From Candidatus Saccharimonadota bacterium (lineage in GTDB: Bacteria > Patescibacteriota > Saccharimonadia > UBA4664): a stretch of 64,000 bases of DNA. A model generated the notes under the pieces. It did no database searches and was not told where the DNA came from. It was given only the letters and a program-made list of their open reading frames with translations. Shown piece by piece: positions 17,623 to 29,419 of the stretch. Numbering within the stretch: the first letter of the stretch is position 1; each line of letters opens with the position of its first letter. The stretch spans positions 27,582 to 91,581 of the forward strand of contig JACAFG010000005.1 of assembly GCA_019352195.1 (NCBI GenBank). The letters run 5' to 3'. The translations under genes were made by a program, and so were the position numbers.

Positions 17623-19671
17623 ATGCCACAAGTTACCCCGCATTCATCTGCGTTTCGGCCCGCGCACCGTTTTAGTGCTTCGCTTGCATCTATTTGCGCG
17701 GCTGTCTTAGCTGTCATTGGTGTGTATGCGATTGCGGGGAGCCATGCCTCAACGAGCCAGCTTTACTTATCACCAAGTAATACCTCGGTTCTCAATGGCC
17801 AAAACGTAACCGTGGTGGTGTACGCTAACGCCGGCTCGGTGCCCGTGAACGCGGCGCAGGCTAACCTGTCCTACAACCCCAGTCAGTTGCAATACGTGGG
17901 TTACAGCAATGCCGGCAGTTTGCTTCCTCTCGACGCGCAGTCAGCCTCGGGTACCCCCAACACAGGTAGTTTGCAGTTTGTGCGCAGTACTCAGGGCGGT
18001 GGTGGGGCTCCGAGCGGTACCTTTATCGTCTTGAGCGTTACCTTTAAAGCCGTCGCCGGCTCTGGTACGGCGGCAGTAACATTTGGCTCGGGCTCGGCGC
18101 TGTACGCAGCGTCTGATTCGAGCAATATTGTTACCTCTACCGGTAGCTCCACGATTGGGTTAACCTCACCTGCGGTACCGACGCCCACTCCGACTCCGGC
18201 CGCAACACCGGCTCCCGCAGCTACGCCCACGCCCGTGTCCGGCAAAACAACTACCCCTACTCCTGCATCCCCAAAAACCGGCGCGACCGCCAGCGCACCC
18301 AATCCAGCTGTGGTAGCGGCAGCTGGTACCGCAGCTCTGTATTTGTCACCTGCCAGCGGTAGTGTGGCAAACGGCACCAAACTAACCGTTGGCATTCGGA
18401 TGAAAACCGCTTCACTGGTAAACTCCGTTCAGGCGAATCTAACCTACCAGACATCCGGACTAACGTTTGATTCGATTTCTGGCGACGGCAGCGCCTTCCC
18501 GCTGTCAGCCCAGGGTAATGGCGGTAACGGTACGGTAACCGTTGTTCGTGCTACCAATGGTGGGGGAGCGCCCGTAACGGGCGATGTCCTGATGGCCAAC
18601 ATTACCTTTATCGCGACCGCAAATTCGGGCACAGCCACGATCAAATTTGGGGCGGGGAGTGTGGTCCTGACAGCGGCCGATAGTAAGAATATTTTGGCAA
18701 ACCCGGTTGGGGGGACCTATTCGCTGATCAGCGGATCAAACTCGACTTCGGGCGCAGTTACTGCCAGCCATTTTGATGGCACCACTATTACGTTGCCGAC
18801 TACTGGTACTGGAACGCCGGTTGCGGTATCTGGCACCGTCAACTTACAGCCAAACGGGGTCGCCAGCGGTGAAACGGAGACCTATCAAATTGACGGCCAC
18901 AGTATTGGTTCGACCAAAATCAACACCACCTATCTCACCAATGGTACGCATATCGTAACGGCTATTACAACTAAGGCTGACGGGAGCAAAGCTACCATTA
19001 CGCAACCGCTGTCGGTGAATAACGCCCTAACTAGTTGGCAGATGTCGCGTAATACCGTGGTAGCTGCGTTTGGCGGCAATTCGAGCGTGGCCTTGGGCAC
19101 GGTAGTGACTCTGTCCTTACTCCTAGCTGCAGCGGTCGCTTTCCTGGTACTACGACCCCATCTTGAGGCCAGCCAAATTCAGAGCCAATTTGTTCATCAC
19201 GAGGCGGCCACTGGTCCAACAGGCTTTGGAGTGCCCAACGTGGTAATGCCGGCCGGCAGCGAACCGGCTTCACCGCTCGTTGACGTTAAGGTTTCGGCTG
19301 AGCCCAAGCCCACTGAGCCCCAAGTTGTCGAGCCGAGCCCAGAAGCCCCGGTGACAATTCAGCCAGCTGTAGAGACACCGTCTGCAGCCGAGCCAAGTAC
19401 GGACACGACCGAGTTGCCAGCTCCAGTCAAAACGAGCGATCCAATCGAAGAAAGTAACGTCAAAACCGATGAAACAAAGCCGGCCGATTCAGCCGAGGTG
19501 AAGTCTGAGACCGAAGCTGACGCGACGAGTGGTAAGCCGGCAGGTGAGACTGTTCCTAGCACATCAGACGATATGGCACCGGCCGCCGACGAAGCTGCCC
19601 CGGTAACCGAGACGAAGCCGGACTCAAGTGACGGTTCGACCCCGATTACCATTAATAAGCCCAAAGTTTAG
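17623..19671 (+). CDS. cohesin-like-domain surface protein with N-terminal anchor, C-terminal TM and long acidic tail
   Basis: 682-aa ORF, paralog of 15864..17499. It has a PT-rich linker, a TM (VVAAFGGNSSVALGTVVTLSLLLAAAVAFLVL), then an E/P/T-rich tail. Confidence 0.7.
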   Translation: MPQVTPHSSAFRPAHRFSASLASICAAVLAVIGVYAIAGSHASTSQLYLSPSNTSVLNGQNVTVVVYANAGSVPVNAAQANLSYNPSQLQYVGYSNAGSLLPLDAQSASGTPNTGSLQFVRSTQGGGGAPSGTFIVLSVTFKAVAGSGTAAVTFGSGSALYAASDSSNIVTSTGSSTIGLTSPAVPTPTPTPAATPAPAATPTPVSGKTTTPTPASPKTGATASAPNPAVVAAAGTAALYLSPASGSVANGTKLTVGIRMKTASLVNSVQANLTYQTSGLTFDSISGDGSAFPLSAQGNGGNGTVTVVRATNGGGAPVTGDVLMANITFIATANSGTATIKFGAGSVVLTAADSKNILANPVGGTYSLISGSNSTSGAVTASHFDGTTITLPTTGTGTPVAVSGTVNLQPNGVASGETETYQIDGHSIGSTKINTTYLTNGTHIVTAITTKADGSKATITQPLSVNNALTSWQMSRNTVVAAFGGNSSVALGTVVTLSLLLAAAVAFLVLRPHLEASQIQSQFVHHEAATGPTGFGVPNVVMPAGSEPASPLVDVKVSAEPKPTEPQVVEPSPEAPVTIQPAVETPSAAEPSTDTTELPAPVKTSDPIEESNVKTDETKPADSAEVKSETEADATSGKPAGETVPSTSDDMAPAADEAAPVTETKPDSSDGSTPITINKPKV

Positions 19672-19750
19672 CCCACCGTCTCGACCACAAGCGTAATCTG
19701 ATATAATGGGTACAGAGCGAACTTTGGTTTGCCGTGGTAAAGAGGGACCA

Positions 19751-20527
19751 GTGACAAAGATTATTGCGATTGCAAATCAGAAAGGTGGCGTGGGTAAAAC
19801 TACTACCACCATCAATTTAGGGGCGTATCTGGCTGAACGCAAACAGCGCGTCCTCATTGTTGACCTCGATCCCCAAGGCAATACTTCCAGTGGACTGGGG
19901 ATTACGGGTGATCAGCTGTCAGGCGATTTGTACGATGTGCTACTTGAGGGCACGCCGGCCGCGGCCGTGGCGCGGGCCACGGCGGTTGATGGTTTAAGTT
20001 TGCTGCCGGCTTCACCTGTGTTGGCGGCGGCCGAAGTTGAGCTAGTGAGCGCTAAAGGGCGGGAATTTAAACTGCGCGAAGCGTTAGTAGATCTTGATTA
20101 CGATTACGTACTGATTGATTGCCCGCCGTCGCTGGGCATTCTAACGCTCAATGGGCTGGTAGCGGCACACGAACTTATCATCCCGGTGCAGGCTGAGTTT
20201 TACGCTTTGGAAGGGCTGGGGCAGCTCGTTCAAACTGTTCAGCGGGTCCGTAAAGGTCTCAATCCCGAGCTGGGGTTGATGGGAGTGTTGGTAACGATGC
20301 ATAACGGGCGTACCACCCTCAGCACACAAGTTCACGAAGAAGTGAAACGACACTTTCCGGACACCGTTTTTCATACGGTCATACCGCGCAATGTGCGGCT
20401 GGCTGAGGCGCCAAGTTTTGGTAAGCCAATTATGCATTACGACCGCTGGAGCAGGGGTGCCAAGGCCTACAAGGATCTAGCCAAAGAAGTGATGGAACGA
20501 TCGAAAATTAAGACAGGGACAAAATAA
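19751..20527 (+). CDS. parA: ParA/Soj chromosome partitioning ATPase
   Basis: Walker A motif KIIAIANQKGGVGKTTT. GTG at 19751 is preceded by AAGAGGGA. The ORF track starts at an upstream ATG, 19706. Confidence 0.9.
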   Translation: MTKIIAIANQKGGVGKTTTTINLGAYLAERKQRVLIVDLDPQGNTSSGLGITGDQLSGDLYDVLLEGTPAAAVARATAVDGLSLLPASPVLAAAEVELVSAKGREFKLREALVDLDYDYVLIDCPPSLGILTLNGLVAAHELIIPVQAEFYALEGLGQLVQTVQRVRKGLNPELGLMGVLVTMHNGRTTLSTQVHEEVKRHFPDTVFHTVIPRNVRLAEAPSFGKPIMHYDRWSRGAKAYKDLAKEVMERSKIKTGTK

Positions 20528-21417
20528 TGGCGGAACAAAAACGCGGACTAGGACGGGGATTTGACTCACTCATTCCAACTAAACTGGTTGAGGCCGAATT
20601 TGATGTTACTTCCGAGACCACAAATACCGGTGATGGTTTACGCGAACTACCCGTTGATTTAATTGATCCCAACCCTCATCAGCCTCGCCTTGATTTTGAT
20701 CCCATTGAGCTAGAAAGTTTGGCTGCTAGCATCCAGGTCCATGGCATCTTGCAGCCGCTCGTGGTAACACGTACCGGTGAGCGTTATGAGCTGGTGGCGG
20801 GCGAGCGCCGACTGCGAGCATCAAAACTTAACGGTATGAAAACGGTGCCGGCGGTGGTACGCACGCTCGATGAGCAAAGCAAGCTCGAGCTCGCGCTCAT
20901 CGAAAACTTGCAGCGTGAAGACCTAAATCCCATGGAAATGGCGACGGCGTATCAGAAGCTGGCCGACCAGTTTAGCTTAAGTTTTGAAGAAATTGGCGCT
21001 CGGGTTGGCCGTGATCGTTCGACGGTTCAAAACGTCACGAGGCTGCTCATGCTACCTCTGGAGGCCAAGCGCGAAGTGGCGGCGGGTAACCTTACCGAAA
21101 CCATGGGCCGCACCTTGCTCATGATGCCGGACGAGCAGCGTCAGCTGGAGTTTATGAATTTGATTTTTAAGCACAAATGGAGCGTTCGCCAAGCAGAAAA
21201 CTACGCTCGTGGGTATATGGAAAAGGGTTCTCATACGCACGCCAAGAAAATGGTCCGTAAAAGTACTCCCATTACGCGCTCATTAACGGAATATTTAGGT
21301 ACGAAGGTACTGCAGCAAAACACGGCTAAAGGCGGCAAGCTCATTATTGAGTATTACTCCGAAGAAGAGCTGGAGCGCATTTACAAAGCGATTCAACCGG
21401 GTGGCGACGGCGCTTAA
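20527..21417 (+). CDS. parB: ParB/Spo0J partition protein
   Basis: GLGRGFDSLIP and ELVAGERRLRAS motifs. The start overlaps the parA stop. Confidence 0.9.
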   Translation: MAEQKRGLGRGFDSLIPTKLVEAEFDVTSETTNTGDGLRELPVDLIDPNPHQPRLDFDPIELESLAASIQVHGILQPLVVTRTGERYELVAGERRLRASKLNGMKTVPAVVRTLDEQSKLELALIENLQREDLNPMEMATAYQKLADQFSLSFEEIGARVGRDRSTVQNVTRLLMLPLEAKREVAAGNLTETMGRTLLMMPDEQRQLEFMNLIFKHKWSVRQAENYARGYMEKGSHTHAKKMVRKSTPITRSLTEYLGTKVLQQNTAKGGKLIIEYYSEEELERIYKAIQPGGDGA

Positions 21418-21444
21418 ACCGCCGTAGCGCGGTCAATTCAAACG

Positions 21445-21480
21445 CAATGCGCCCCCAAACAGAGGCGCATTGCTGCTGTT
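21445..21480 (+). terminator. hairpin CAATGCGCC-loop-GGCGCATTG after parB
   Basis: A 9-bp inverted repeat at 21445-21453 / 21464-21472 is followed by a moderately U-rich ctgctgttt. Confidence 0.45.
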
Positions 21481-21496
21481 TGAGGGCGTAAATCGG

Positions 21497-21769
21497 TTAT
21501 GTCGGGAGCTGCTTGATTTGACCCGGTTTGTCCGGACCGGGGTACTGCTGGCCCACTGCATAGCGGCTGAAGGTGGCTTCGTCAATAGACACGTACCCGG
21601 TGAGACCGTGTCGGACGATTTTAAGTCCCCATTTTTCGGCGTATACGTCACCTCCCCACATATACACTCCATCTGTATTCACTGGAGTGGTCTGGGTCGG
21701 CGTATGTTTTTTGGACAAAATGAGCCCTTGTTTGATGCGGAACCGATTACGGCTGTTGAACCAGGCCAT
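21497..21769 (-). CDS. hypothetical protein downstream of atpC
   Basis: 90-aa ORF with minus-strand codon usage. A candidate TM segment lies upstream but is separated by an in-frame TAG. Confidence 0.3.
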   Translation of the reverse strand: MAWFNSRNRFRIKQGLILSKKHTPTQTTPVNTDGVYMWGGDVYAEKWGLKIVRHGLTGYVSIDEATFSRYAVGQQYPGPDKPGQIKQLPT

Positions 21770-21998
21770 AGCGATAAAACCAACTGCGATGAGGGCATAG
21801 ACGGCCCATATTACTACGAACTAGATCACAAGAGCCACGAACACTAGCCAGATCAGTATGAGGCTGACTTTGATGGTGGTGCGAGAGGCAAACAATATGA
21901 TATGCCCTCCATACGGATGGTCGATGGGCCCAATGACCGTTAGGCCAAATGACAAGCTACTATAATATCACAGTCCTTTTATTGCGAGAGTTAGCTTG

Positions 21999-23827
<1,829 letters not shown>

Positions 23828-24691
23828 CTAATTATTGCTAACCGCTTCGGCGCCGCCGGAAATTTCGGCAAGTTCCTGCGTGATGGCGGATTGGCGGGCA
23901 TTGTTACGGGCGAGCGTTAAGTCGTCGATAATATCGGACGCATTATCGGACGCGTTCATCATGGCCAGCATGCGGGCGGCCTGCTCGGAAGCGCGTGCTT
24001 CAACGATCGAAAGATACACTTCGGCCTCAAGTAATCGCTCGGTGGCGGTAGCCAGCACGGTCTCCGGGTTGGGCTCGGCCTCGGGTGAGGCCGCAGTTGA
24101 GCTACTGTCGCTTGAGGCTACCGGAAGGAGCTGCCGCGAGTCGACTGTTTGGACAGATGACGACACAAATCGGGTCGAAATAAGATGAACCACGTCGCAT
24201 TTACCGCTTAAAAACAGCTCCTTGGCTTCGGCGAGAATGGGCCGCGCCAAGCCGGCATCGGCGTCGCGCGAGTCCATTTCGTAGGCGGCAATTTCGTCGA
24301 TGCCGGTAATGCGCGACAGATGTAATGAGCCCCGCTTGCCGACGGTTATTATGGCGAGTTCGCCGCCCGTTTGGCGTTGTAACTTACTCAGTTCACGAAA
24401 AATATTATTGTTGTACGCGCCGGCCAGACCACGGTCGGCGGTAACTACAATAGCCAGCGCGTTGATAGCCTCACGGCGTTGATACAACGGGCTTTGGGCG
24501 GCATCTACCGAACTGCCGAGTCGTGACAACATGTCGCGAATGGCTGCCAAATAGGGCTGCGGGGCCAAGGCGGCCATTTGGGCACGGCGCAGCTTACTGG
24601 CGGCCACCAGCTGCATGGCTTTGGTAATTTGGCGCGTATTGCTTACAGAGCGCAACCGCCGCTTAATTGCCTGGAGCTCAGCCATTGGCAT
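23828..24691 (-). CDS. atpG: F1 ATP synthase gamma subunit
   Basis: [24 protein letters not shown] is a gamma N-terminus. The ORF-track N-terminal extension overlaps atpA and is taken as not translated. Confidence 0.9.
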   Translation of the reverse strand: MPMAELQAIKRRLRSVSNTRQITKAMQLVAASKLRRAQMAALAPQPYLAAIRDMLSRLGSSVDAAQSPLYQRREAINALAIVVTADRGLAGAYNNNIFRELSKLQRQTGGELAIITVGKRGSLHLSRITGIDEIAAYEMDSRDADAGLARPILAEAKELFLSGKCDVVHLISTRFVSSSVQTVDSRQLLPVASSDSSSTAASPEAEPNPETVLATATERLLEAEVYLSIVEARASEQAARMLAMMNASDNASDIIDDLTLARNNARQSAITQELAEISGGAEAVSNN

Positions 24692-26222
24692 CCTCGCCGA
24701 CCATAAAGGTTTCGGCCGTGGCTTTGGCGATGGTGGCGATGGCTTTGGTCTCATCTTCGGTGGGCTTGGTACCAGCGTTTAGATTGGTTACCAGCTTAGC
24801 GTGACTCTTTTTGACGCTGCGTAGCAAGCCATGAATGGCGCTCTCGAGGTGCTTACTGGGCAGATTGTCGAATTCGCCGCTAGCAGCTGCCGACAAAATG
24901 ACGACCTGCTCAGCGGGGCTGTAGGGAGCAAACTGCCGTTGTTTTAATGCTTCAGTGAGCAGGCGGCCGCGGTCGAGCCGACTCTTGGTTTCGTCATCTA
25001 GGTCGGTGGCAAACTGCGAGAAGGCGGCCAGTTCGCGGAATTGAGCGAGCTCGATGCGTAAGCTTCCGGCGACACTCTTGATGGCTTTGGTTTGGGCGTC
25101 GCCACCAACGCGGCTGACTGACAAACCAACCGAAATGGCGGGACGGATACCTTGGTAAAACAAATCGGTTTCGAGGAAAATCTGGCCATCGGTAATAGAA
25201 ATCACGTTGGTCGGGATGTAGGCAGAAACGTCACCAGCTTGCGTTTCAATAATCGGCAAAGCGGTTAAACTGCCGCCGCCTAGCTCGTCGGACAACTTAG
25301 CCGAACGTTCGAGCAAGCGTGAATGGAGATAGAAAACGTCACCCGGATAAGCCTCACGACCCGGGGGACGGCGTAGCAGCAACGAGAGCTGGCGATAAGC
25401 GACGGCGTGCTTAGACAGGTCGTCATACACAATCAGGCCGTGCTGTTTGTTATCGCGGAAGTACTCGCCGATGGCCGTACCAGCGTAGGGCGCGAGGTAG
25501 AGCAGCGAAGCGGGATCGGCAGGGCTGGTGGCCACCACAATGGATTGGTCCATGGCACCTTCGCGCTTGAGGCGCTCGACTAACGCGGCTACTTTGGAGT
25601 TTTTCTGGCCAATGGCCACGTAAATATTGATCACGCCGGTATCGCGTTTGGCCTGGTTGAGCATGGTGTCGATGGCAATGGCGGTTTTACCGGTTCCGCG
25701 GTCGCCAATGATGAGCTCGCGCTGACCGCGACCAATCGGTACCATCGTGTCGATGGCTATAATGCCGGTCGCCATTGGTTCATGCACACTCTTACGAGCC
25801 ATAACACCGGGTGCAACTTGTTCGACCGGTGCTGTCCGGGTGGTCTTGATGTCGCCAAGGCCATCGAGCGGACGGCCAAGGGGATCGACCACGCGGCCCA
25901 TGAGTTCGGGTCCAACGGGGATGCTGAGCAAGCGGCCGGTAAGTTTTACTTTGGCTCCAGCGCTGACGGCGCTTTCGTTGCCAAGCAACACGGCCCCGAG
26001 CTCGTCTTCGCCGAGGCTGAGAACAAAGGCTTCGGCCACGCCGCCCGCGGTTTCAATTGATACTACTTCACTAAAACCAGCGCTGCGCAAACCGTATATC
26101 CAGGCGACACCATCACCAACTCGGGTTACGACGCCAATTTGGCTGAAGTCGCCGGTGGCACTAAGGCCGCCAATGGCAGCCTGCAGCTCGGCGGTTAATT
26201 CTTGGACGCGTAAATCGCTCAC
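24678..26222 (-). CDS. atpA: F1 ATP synthase alpha subunit
   Basis: P-loop GDRGTGKT. 514 aa. Confidence 0.95.
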   Translation of the reverse strand: MSDLRVQELTAELQAAIGGLSATGDFSQIGVVTRVGDGVAWIYGLRSAGFSEVVSIETAGGVAEAFVLSLGEDELGAVLLGNESAVSAGAKVKLTGRLLSIPVGPELMGRVVDPLGRPLDGLGDIKTTRTAPVEQVAPGVMARKSVHEPMATGIIAIDTMVPIGRGQRELIIGDRGTGKTAIAIDTMLNQAKRDTGVINIYVAIGQKNSKVAALVERLKREGAMDQSIVVATSPADPASLLYLAPYAGTAIGEYFRDNKQHGLIVYDDLSKHAVAYRQLSLLLRRPPGREAYPGDVFYLHSRLLERSAKLSDELGGGSLTALPIIETQAGDVSAYIPTNVISITDGQIFLETDLFYQGIRPAISVGLSVSRVGGDAQTKAIKSVAGSLRIELAQFRELAAFSQFATDLDDETKSRLDRGRLLTEALKQRQFAPYSPAEQVVILSAAASGEFDNLPSKHLESAIHGLLRSVKKSHAKLVTNLNAGTKPTEDETKAIATIAKATAETFMVGEDANG

Positions 26223-26605
26223 AGGCTCATCTCCGTTACAAAGGCGCGTAGTTTGGTGCTGGTGGTAGCGTCCAATTCGGCGTCAGGCAGGGTTAATTTG
26301 ATGCCGCCACCAACCGTTGGATCAACGGTGGTTGCCAGCTCGACAGAGCGGGCGGAGGTGGTGCGGCGAATGTAGGTTTCAAGTTCAGACTTAATAGCGG
26401 GCGGGAGGGGTTTGGCGGACGTGGCTGTAGCCGATACGTAGCCACTGAGAGCCAAAATACTGGCGATGTCGCGACTTAGGAGCGCCACATCCTTGGTACG
26501 GTGATTGTCGATTAGCCAGGCAGCCGCTATCTGGAGGCGGTGCTGGCGGTCGGAGCTAAGACCGTCCGCGACGTAGGCAGCCAAACGGCGGCGGGTGAGC
26601 TTCAT
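26219..26605 (-). CDS. atpH: ATP synthase delta (OSCP) subunit, short
   Basis: Its position between atpF and atpA, and its helical composition. Confidence 0.7.
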   Translation of the reverse strand: MKLTRRRLAAYVADGLSSDRQHRLQIAAAWLIDNHRTKDVALLSRDIASILALSGYVSATATSAKPLPPAIKSELETYIRRTTSARSVELATTVDPTVGGGIKLTLPDAELDATTSTKLRAFVTEMSL

Positions 26606-27138
26606 GATTTGGCCTCCAGACTACGCTTAATGAGGGCACTGTCGCCAGCGCCGTCGAGTTTGTCACCTAAGACAGTTTCGGTAGCCTGGGCGACCAAGGC
26701 GGCGGTTTCAGCGCGGAGGGTGCGCCGGGCCGAGGCAACGTCTTTGGTGAGCTGTTCGCGCGATTCAGTCACAATACGGTCGGCTTCCGAGGCCGCCCGA
26801 GTGCGGGCGGCGGTCACGGTTTCGGCAGCTTCGGCTTTGGCAGCGTCGATGAGCTCGTCGGCTGAAACTTGGGCTGCGCCTAAGATGGCGTGGCGCTCTT
26901 GCTCGGCCTTAGCCAGTTCGGCGGCGGCTTGAGACTGCATTTTGGTGGCGGCAGTGAGCTCATTGGCCTTGGCGTCGAGGGCTTTGTTTAAAACGGGGTA
27001 CACATACTTGCCGAGCAGCCACACAATAATGAGGAAGGCAATGATGTTTAACAACAAGGCTTTCCAATCGATGCCGAGCGCGCCGAGCAGACCTCCCGAA
27101 GCGGCATCGGCCATATAACTAGTTGGCAAGAATGTCAT
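26602..27138 (-). CDS. atpF: Fo ATP synthase b subunit
   Basis: An N-terminal TM is followed by a long A/E/K-rich coiled coil. Confidence 0.8.
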   Translation of the reverse strand: MTFLPTSYMADAASGGLLGALGIDWKALLLNIIAFLIIVWLLGKYVYPVLNKALDAKANELTAATKMQSQAAAELAKAEQERHAILGAAQVSADELIDAAKAEAAETVTAARTRAASEADRIVTESREQLTKDVASARRTLRAETAALVAQATETVLGDKLDGAGDSALIKRSLEAKS

Positions 27139-27142
27139 CGGC

Positions 27143-27358
27143 CTAGTGGAGGAACTTAATGATAAGCGCGACTACCAAGCCAATGATGGCGAGAGCGTCG
27201 ACGAATGACATAGCAAAGATCATGAGCGTACGGATTTTGGGCAGGGCGTCGGGGTTACGGCCGACAGCGCTAACGGCTGCAGCACCAACCAGGCCAACGC
27301 CGACAGCGGCGAGTCCGGCGGCGATCGAATAAGTTAAACCAAATGCGAGCGATTCCAT
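27143..27358 (-). CDS. atpE: Fo ATP synthase c subunit
   Basis: 71-aa two-helix proteolipid with a conserved carboxylate in helix 2. Confidence 0.85.
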   Translation of the reverse strand: MESLAFGLTYSIAAGLAAVGVGLVGAAAVSAVGRNPDALPKIRTLMIFAMSFVDALAIIGLVVALIIKFLH

Positions 27359-27431
27359 TACTTAAAACTCCTTAAATTTTGATACCCAAGCGAAAAGGCG
27401 TCCAGGTTGGACGTCATGCCCTGTAATCCTA

Positions 27432-28232
27432 TCACACCGCCCGAGCCTCTCCTATGGCTGTTGTGGCTTCCTCGCCATGTTCCTTGGTGGCGGTGGCACC
27501 AATTGAGATAAAGGCGACGGTTAGCATGAAGAAAATGTAGGCCTGGATGGCGCCTACAAACAGTTCGAGCGCTAGAAATACCGGCAGCGCTAGCGGTGAG
27601 GCGTAGCCCGAAATGTAGGCGATAACGGCTAGTAAGACTTCACCGCCAAAGATGTTGCCGAAGAGTCGCATCGACAGCGCAATGAGGCGGGAGAATTCGG
27701 CGATTAGTTCCAAAAAGCCAATAAAACAGTGGAGCGGATCTTTGAACGGGTTACCAAAATAGCGGCCTAAATTGCCAAAGAAACCAAGGTTTTTGATGGC
27801 CCACAGTTGTGCTGTCACCATGGTGATTATGGCGAGCGCAAAGGTGAAGTTGAGATCGGCCGCCATGCCCCGGAATAAGCCTTCACCGTGAAAGGTGACG
27901 GGGCCCACAATGGGTAGGAGCTCGAGCCAGTTATCGAGAAGGATGAGGAAAAATAGCGTCACAGCCAAGGGCGCAATTTTTCGGGCGAGGGCTTTGTCGC
28001 CGTTACCCAGCACTTCTTCGGTAGTATTCGTTAGCATTTCGTAACCCCACAGCATAGCAATGGAGAGTTTGGTATGTTGGCTATTTAGGACGCGTTTGCG
28101 GGTGTAAAACATCAGCCAAAACAAAATGATGATACCGGCAGCGCCCAGAATCATCGAGTTATGAATCGGTACACCAAAGACGCTTATAAGCGTTTGTGAA
28201 GGCAGACTAACGGTGGGGGCGGCGGCAAACAT
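27432..28232 (-). CDS. atpB: Fo ATP synthase a subunit
   Basis: Polytopic membrane protein with the essential Arg region (SMRLFGNIFGGE). The start is chosen at MFAAAP, whose ATG overlaps the upstream stop (TAATG). Confidence 0.85.
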   Translation of the reverse strand: MFAAAPTVSLPSQTLISVFGVPIHNSMILGAAGIIILFWLMFYTRKRVLNSQHTKLSIAMLWGYEMLTNTTEEVLGNGDKALARKIAPLAVTLFFLILLDNWLELLPIVGPVTFHGEGLFRGMAADLNFTFALAIITMVTAQLWAIKNLGFFGNLGRYFGNPFKDPLHCFIGFLELIAEFSRLIALSMRLFGNIFGGEVLLAVIAYISGYASPLALPVFLALELFVGAIQAYIFFMLTVAFISIGATATKEHGEEATTAIGEARAV

Positions 28233-28477
28233 TAAGGCAGCTCTTTCAATTGACGTTTTATGAGGGCGCCGGCAATCCCAAAACCAAGGAGGGTACCGAG
28301 CAGCGTACACCAAGGCTTGGTAGCAAATTTTAGGTCGGCGCCAATGCCCAAAAGGGCGAGGCTAATGGTGGGGACTACGATACGCCAGGTGGTGTCGGCC
28401 AGCGTTGCGAAAATTGCCAACGCGCCATTGGGTTGGGGTTTGGCAGCTTTGTTACGCGGCTTTGTCGAAGTCATCAT
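28232..28477 (-). CDS. AtpI/AtpZ-like small membrane protein
   Basis: 81-aa two-TM basic protein, stop-start coupled to atpB. Confidence 0.45.
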   Translation of the reverse strand: MMTSTKPRNKAAKPQPNGALAIFATLADTTWRIVVPTISLALLGIGADLKFATKPWCTLLGTLLGFGIAGALIKRQLKELP

Positions 28478-28531
28478 CAGCTATCTTAGCAGAAACCCAG
28501 GTTCTCCCCAAGATGGCGTGCTGATTTGGTG

Positions 28532-29389
28532 TTAGAGGATTTTGACCGAGTCGAGTGGCAGCAAGCGTAGGACGGCGTTGCCGATGATGTAGCTTGATGG
28601 CAGCTCGCCCCAATCGCGCGAGTCATAAGAGCCACCGGGAGTACGGTTGTCGCCCATCACAAAGACGTTGCCGGGTTGGATGATCTCGTCGGTATCGATG
28701 AGCGTAGTCGTGCCAGCGGGTTCGTAGGCAGCGTCGGGATTGTAACCATTGGGGTGATCTTTGGTGTAGAGCGTCACGGTGCCGCTCTTAATAACGAGGT
28801 GATCGCCCGGTTCAGCAATAACACGCTTCACAAAGACCTCGGTTGGGTCCTTGGGATAATGGAAGACGATGATCTGACCGCGTGAGGGCAAATACAGTGA
28901 GTCCTTGTGGAAGAGACGGCCAACCAAGGCTTCGGTGTAGCCAACTTTCGAGACAATTAGGTAGTCGGTCTGCTGTAACGTTGGATTCATACTGGTGCCA
29001 ATAACGTGATAGGCCTGAAAAATAAAGAAGTGCAAAATAAGCACAACCGCCAAAGGGAAAATAATCCAGCTAAAGACGCTGCCCAAAACCGACATAAAGC
29101 CGGAACTGACTTTTTGCAAAGCGCTTGGACGAGGAGCATTTTCGGGTTCATCGTCGGCCGTAGGCCGTGGGGGAGTAGCGAGCATCGCCGCCAATTCTTC
29201 ATTGGTAGGAGCGGTCGCCGGTGGTACGCCGGGGATTACTGGATCGGGGGTAGGAGCGGCCGCTGCGGCAGGCGGACGAACGGTATCAACGGGCGTCACT
29301 GCAGGGGTTGGTGTGGCCGGCGTGGGCTGGTCCGAGGGAGTTTTGTTTTCGTCGTTCATATGGAATTTAGTATAGCGATGACAAGGCAT
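28532..29389 (-). CDS. lepB: signal peptidase I with Pro-rich N-terminal extension
   Basis: SMNPTL (box B, catalytic Ser) and GDNRTPGGSYDSR (box E). Confidence 0.85.
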   Translation of the reverse strand: MPCHRYTKFHMNDENKTPSDQPTPATPTPAVTPVDTVRPPAAAAAPTPDPVIPGVPPATAPTNEELAAMLATPPRPTADDEPENAPRPSALQKVSSGFMSVLGSVFSWIIFPLAVVLILHFFIFQAYHVIGTSMNPTLQQTDYLIVSKVGYTEALVGRLFHKDSLYLPSRGQIIVFHYPKDPTEVFVKRVIAEPGDHLVIKSGTVTLYTKDHPNGYNPDAAYEPAGTTTLIDTDEIIQPGNVFVMGDNRTPGGSYDSRDWGELPSSYIIGNAVLRLLPLDSVKIL

Positions 29390-29419
29390 CTGAACAAGCG
29401 CTGATGTGATTATTGGCGT

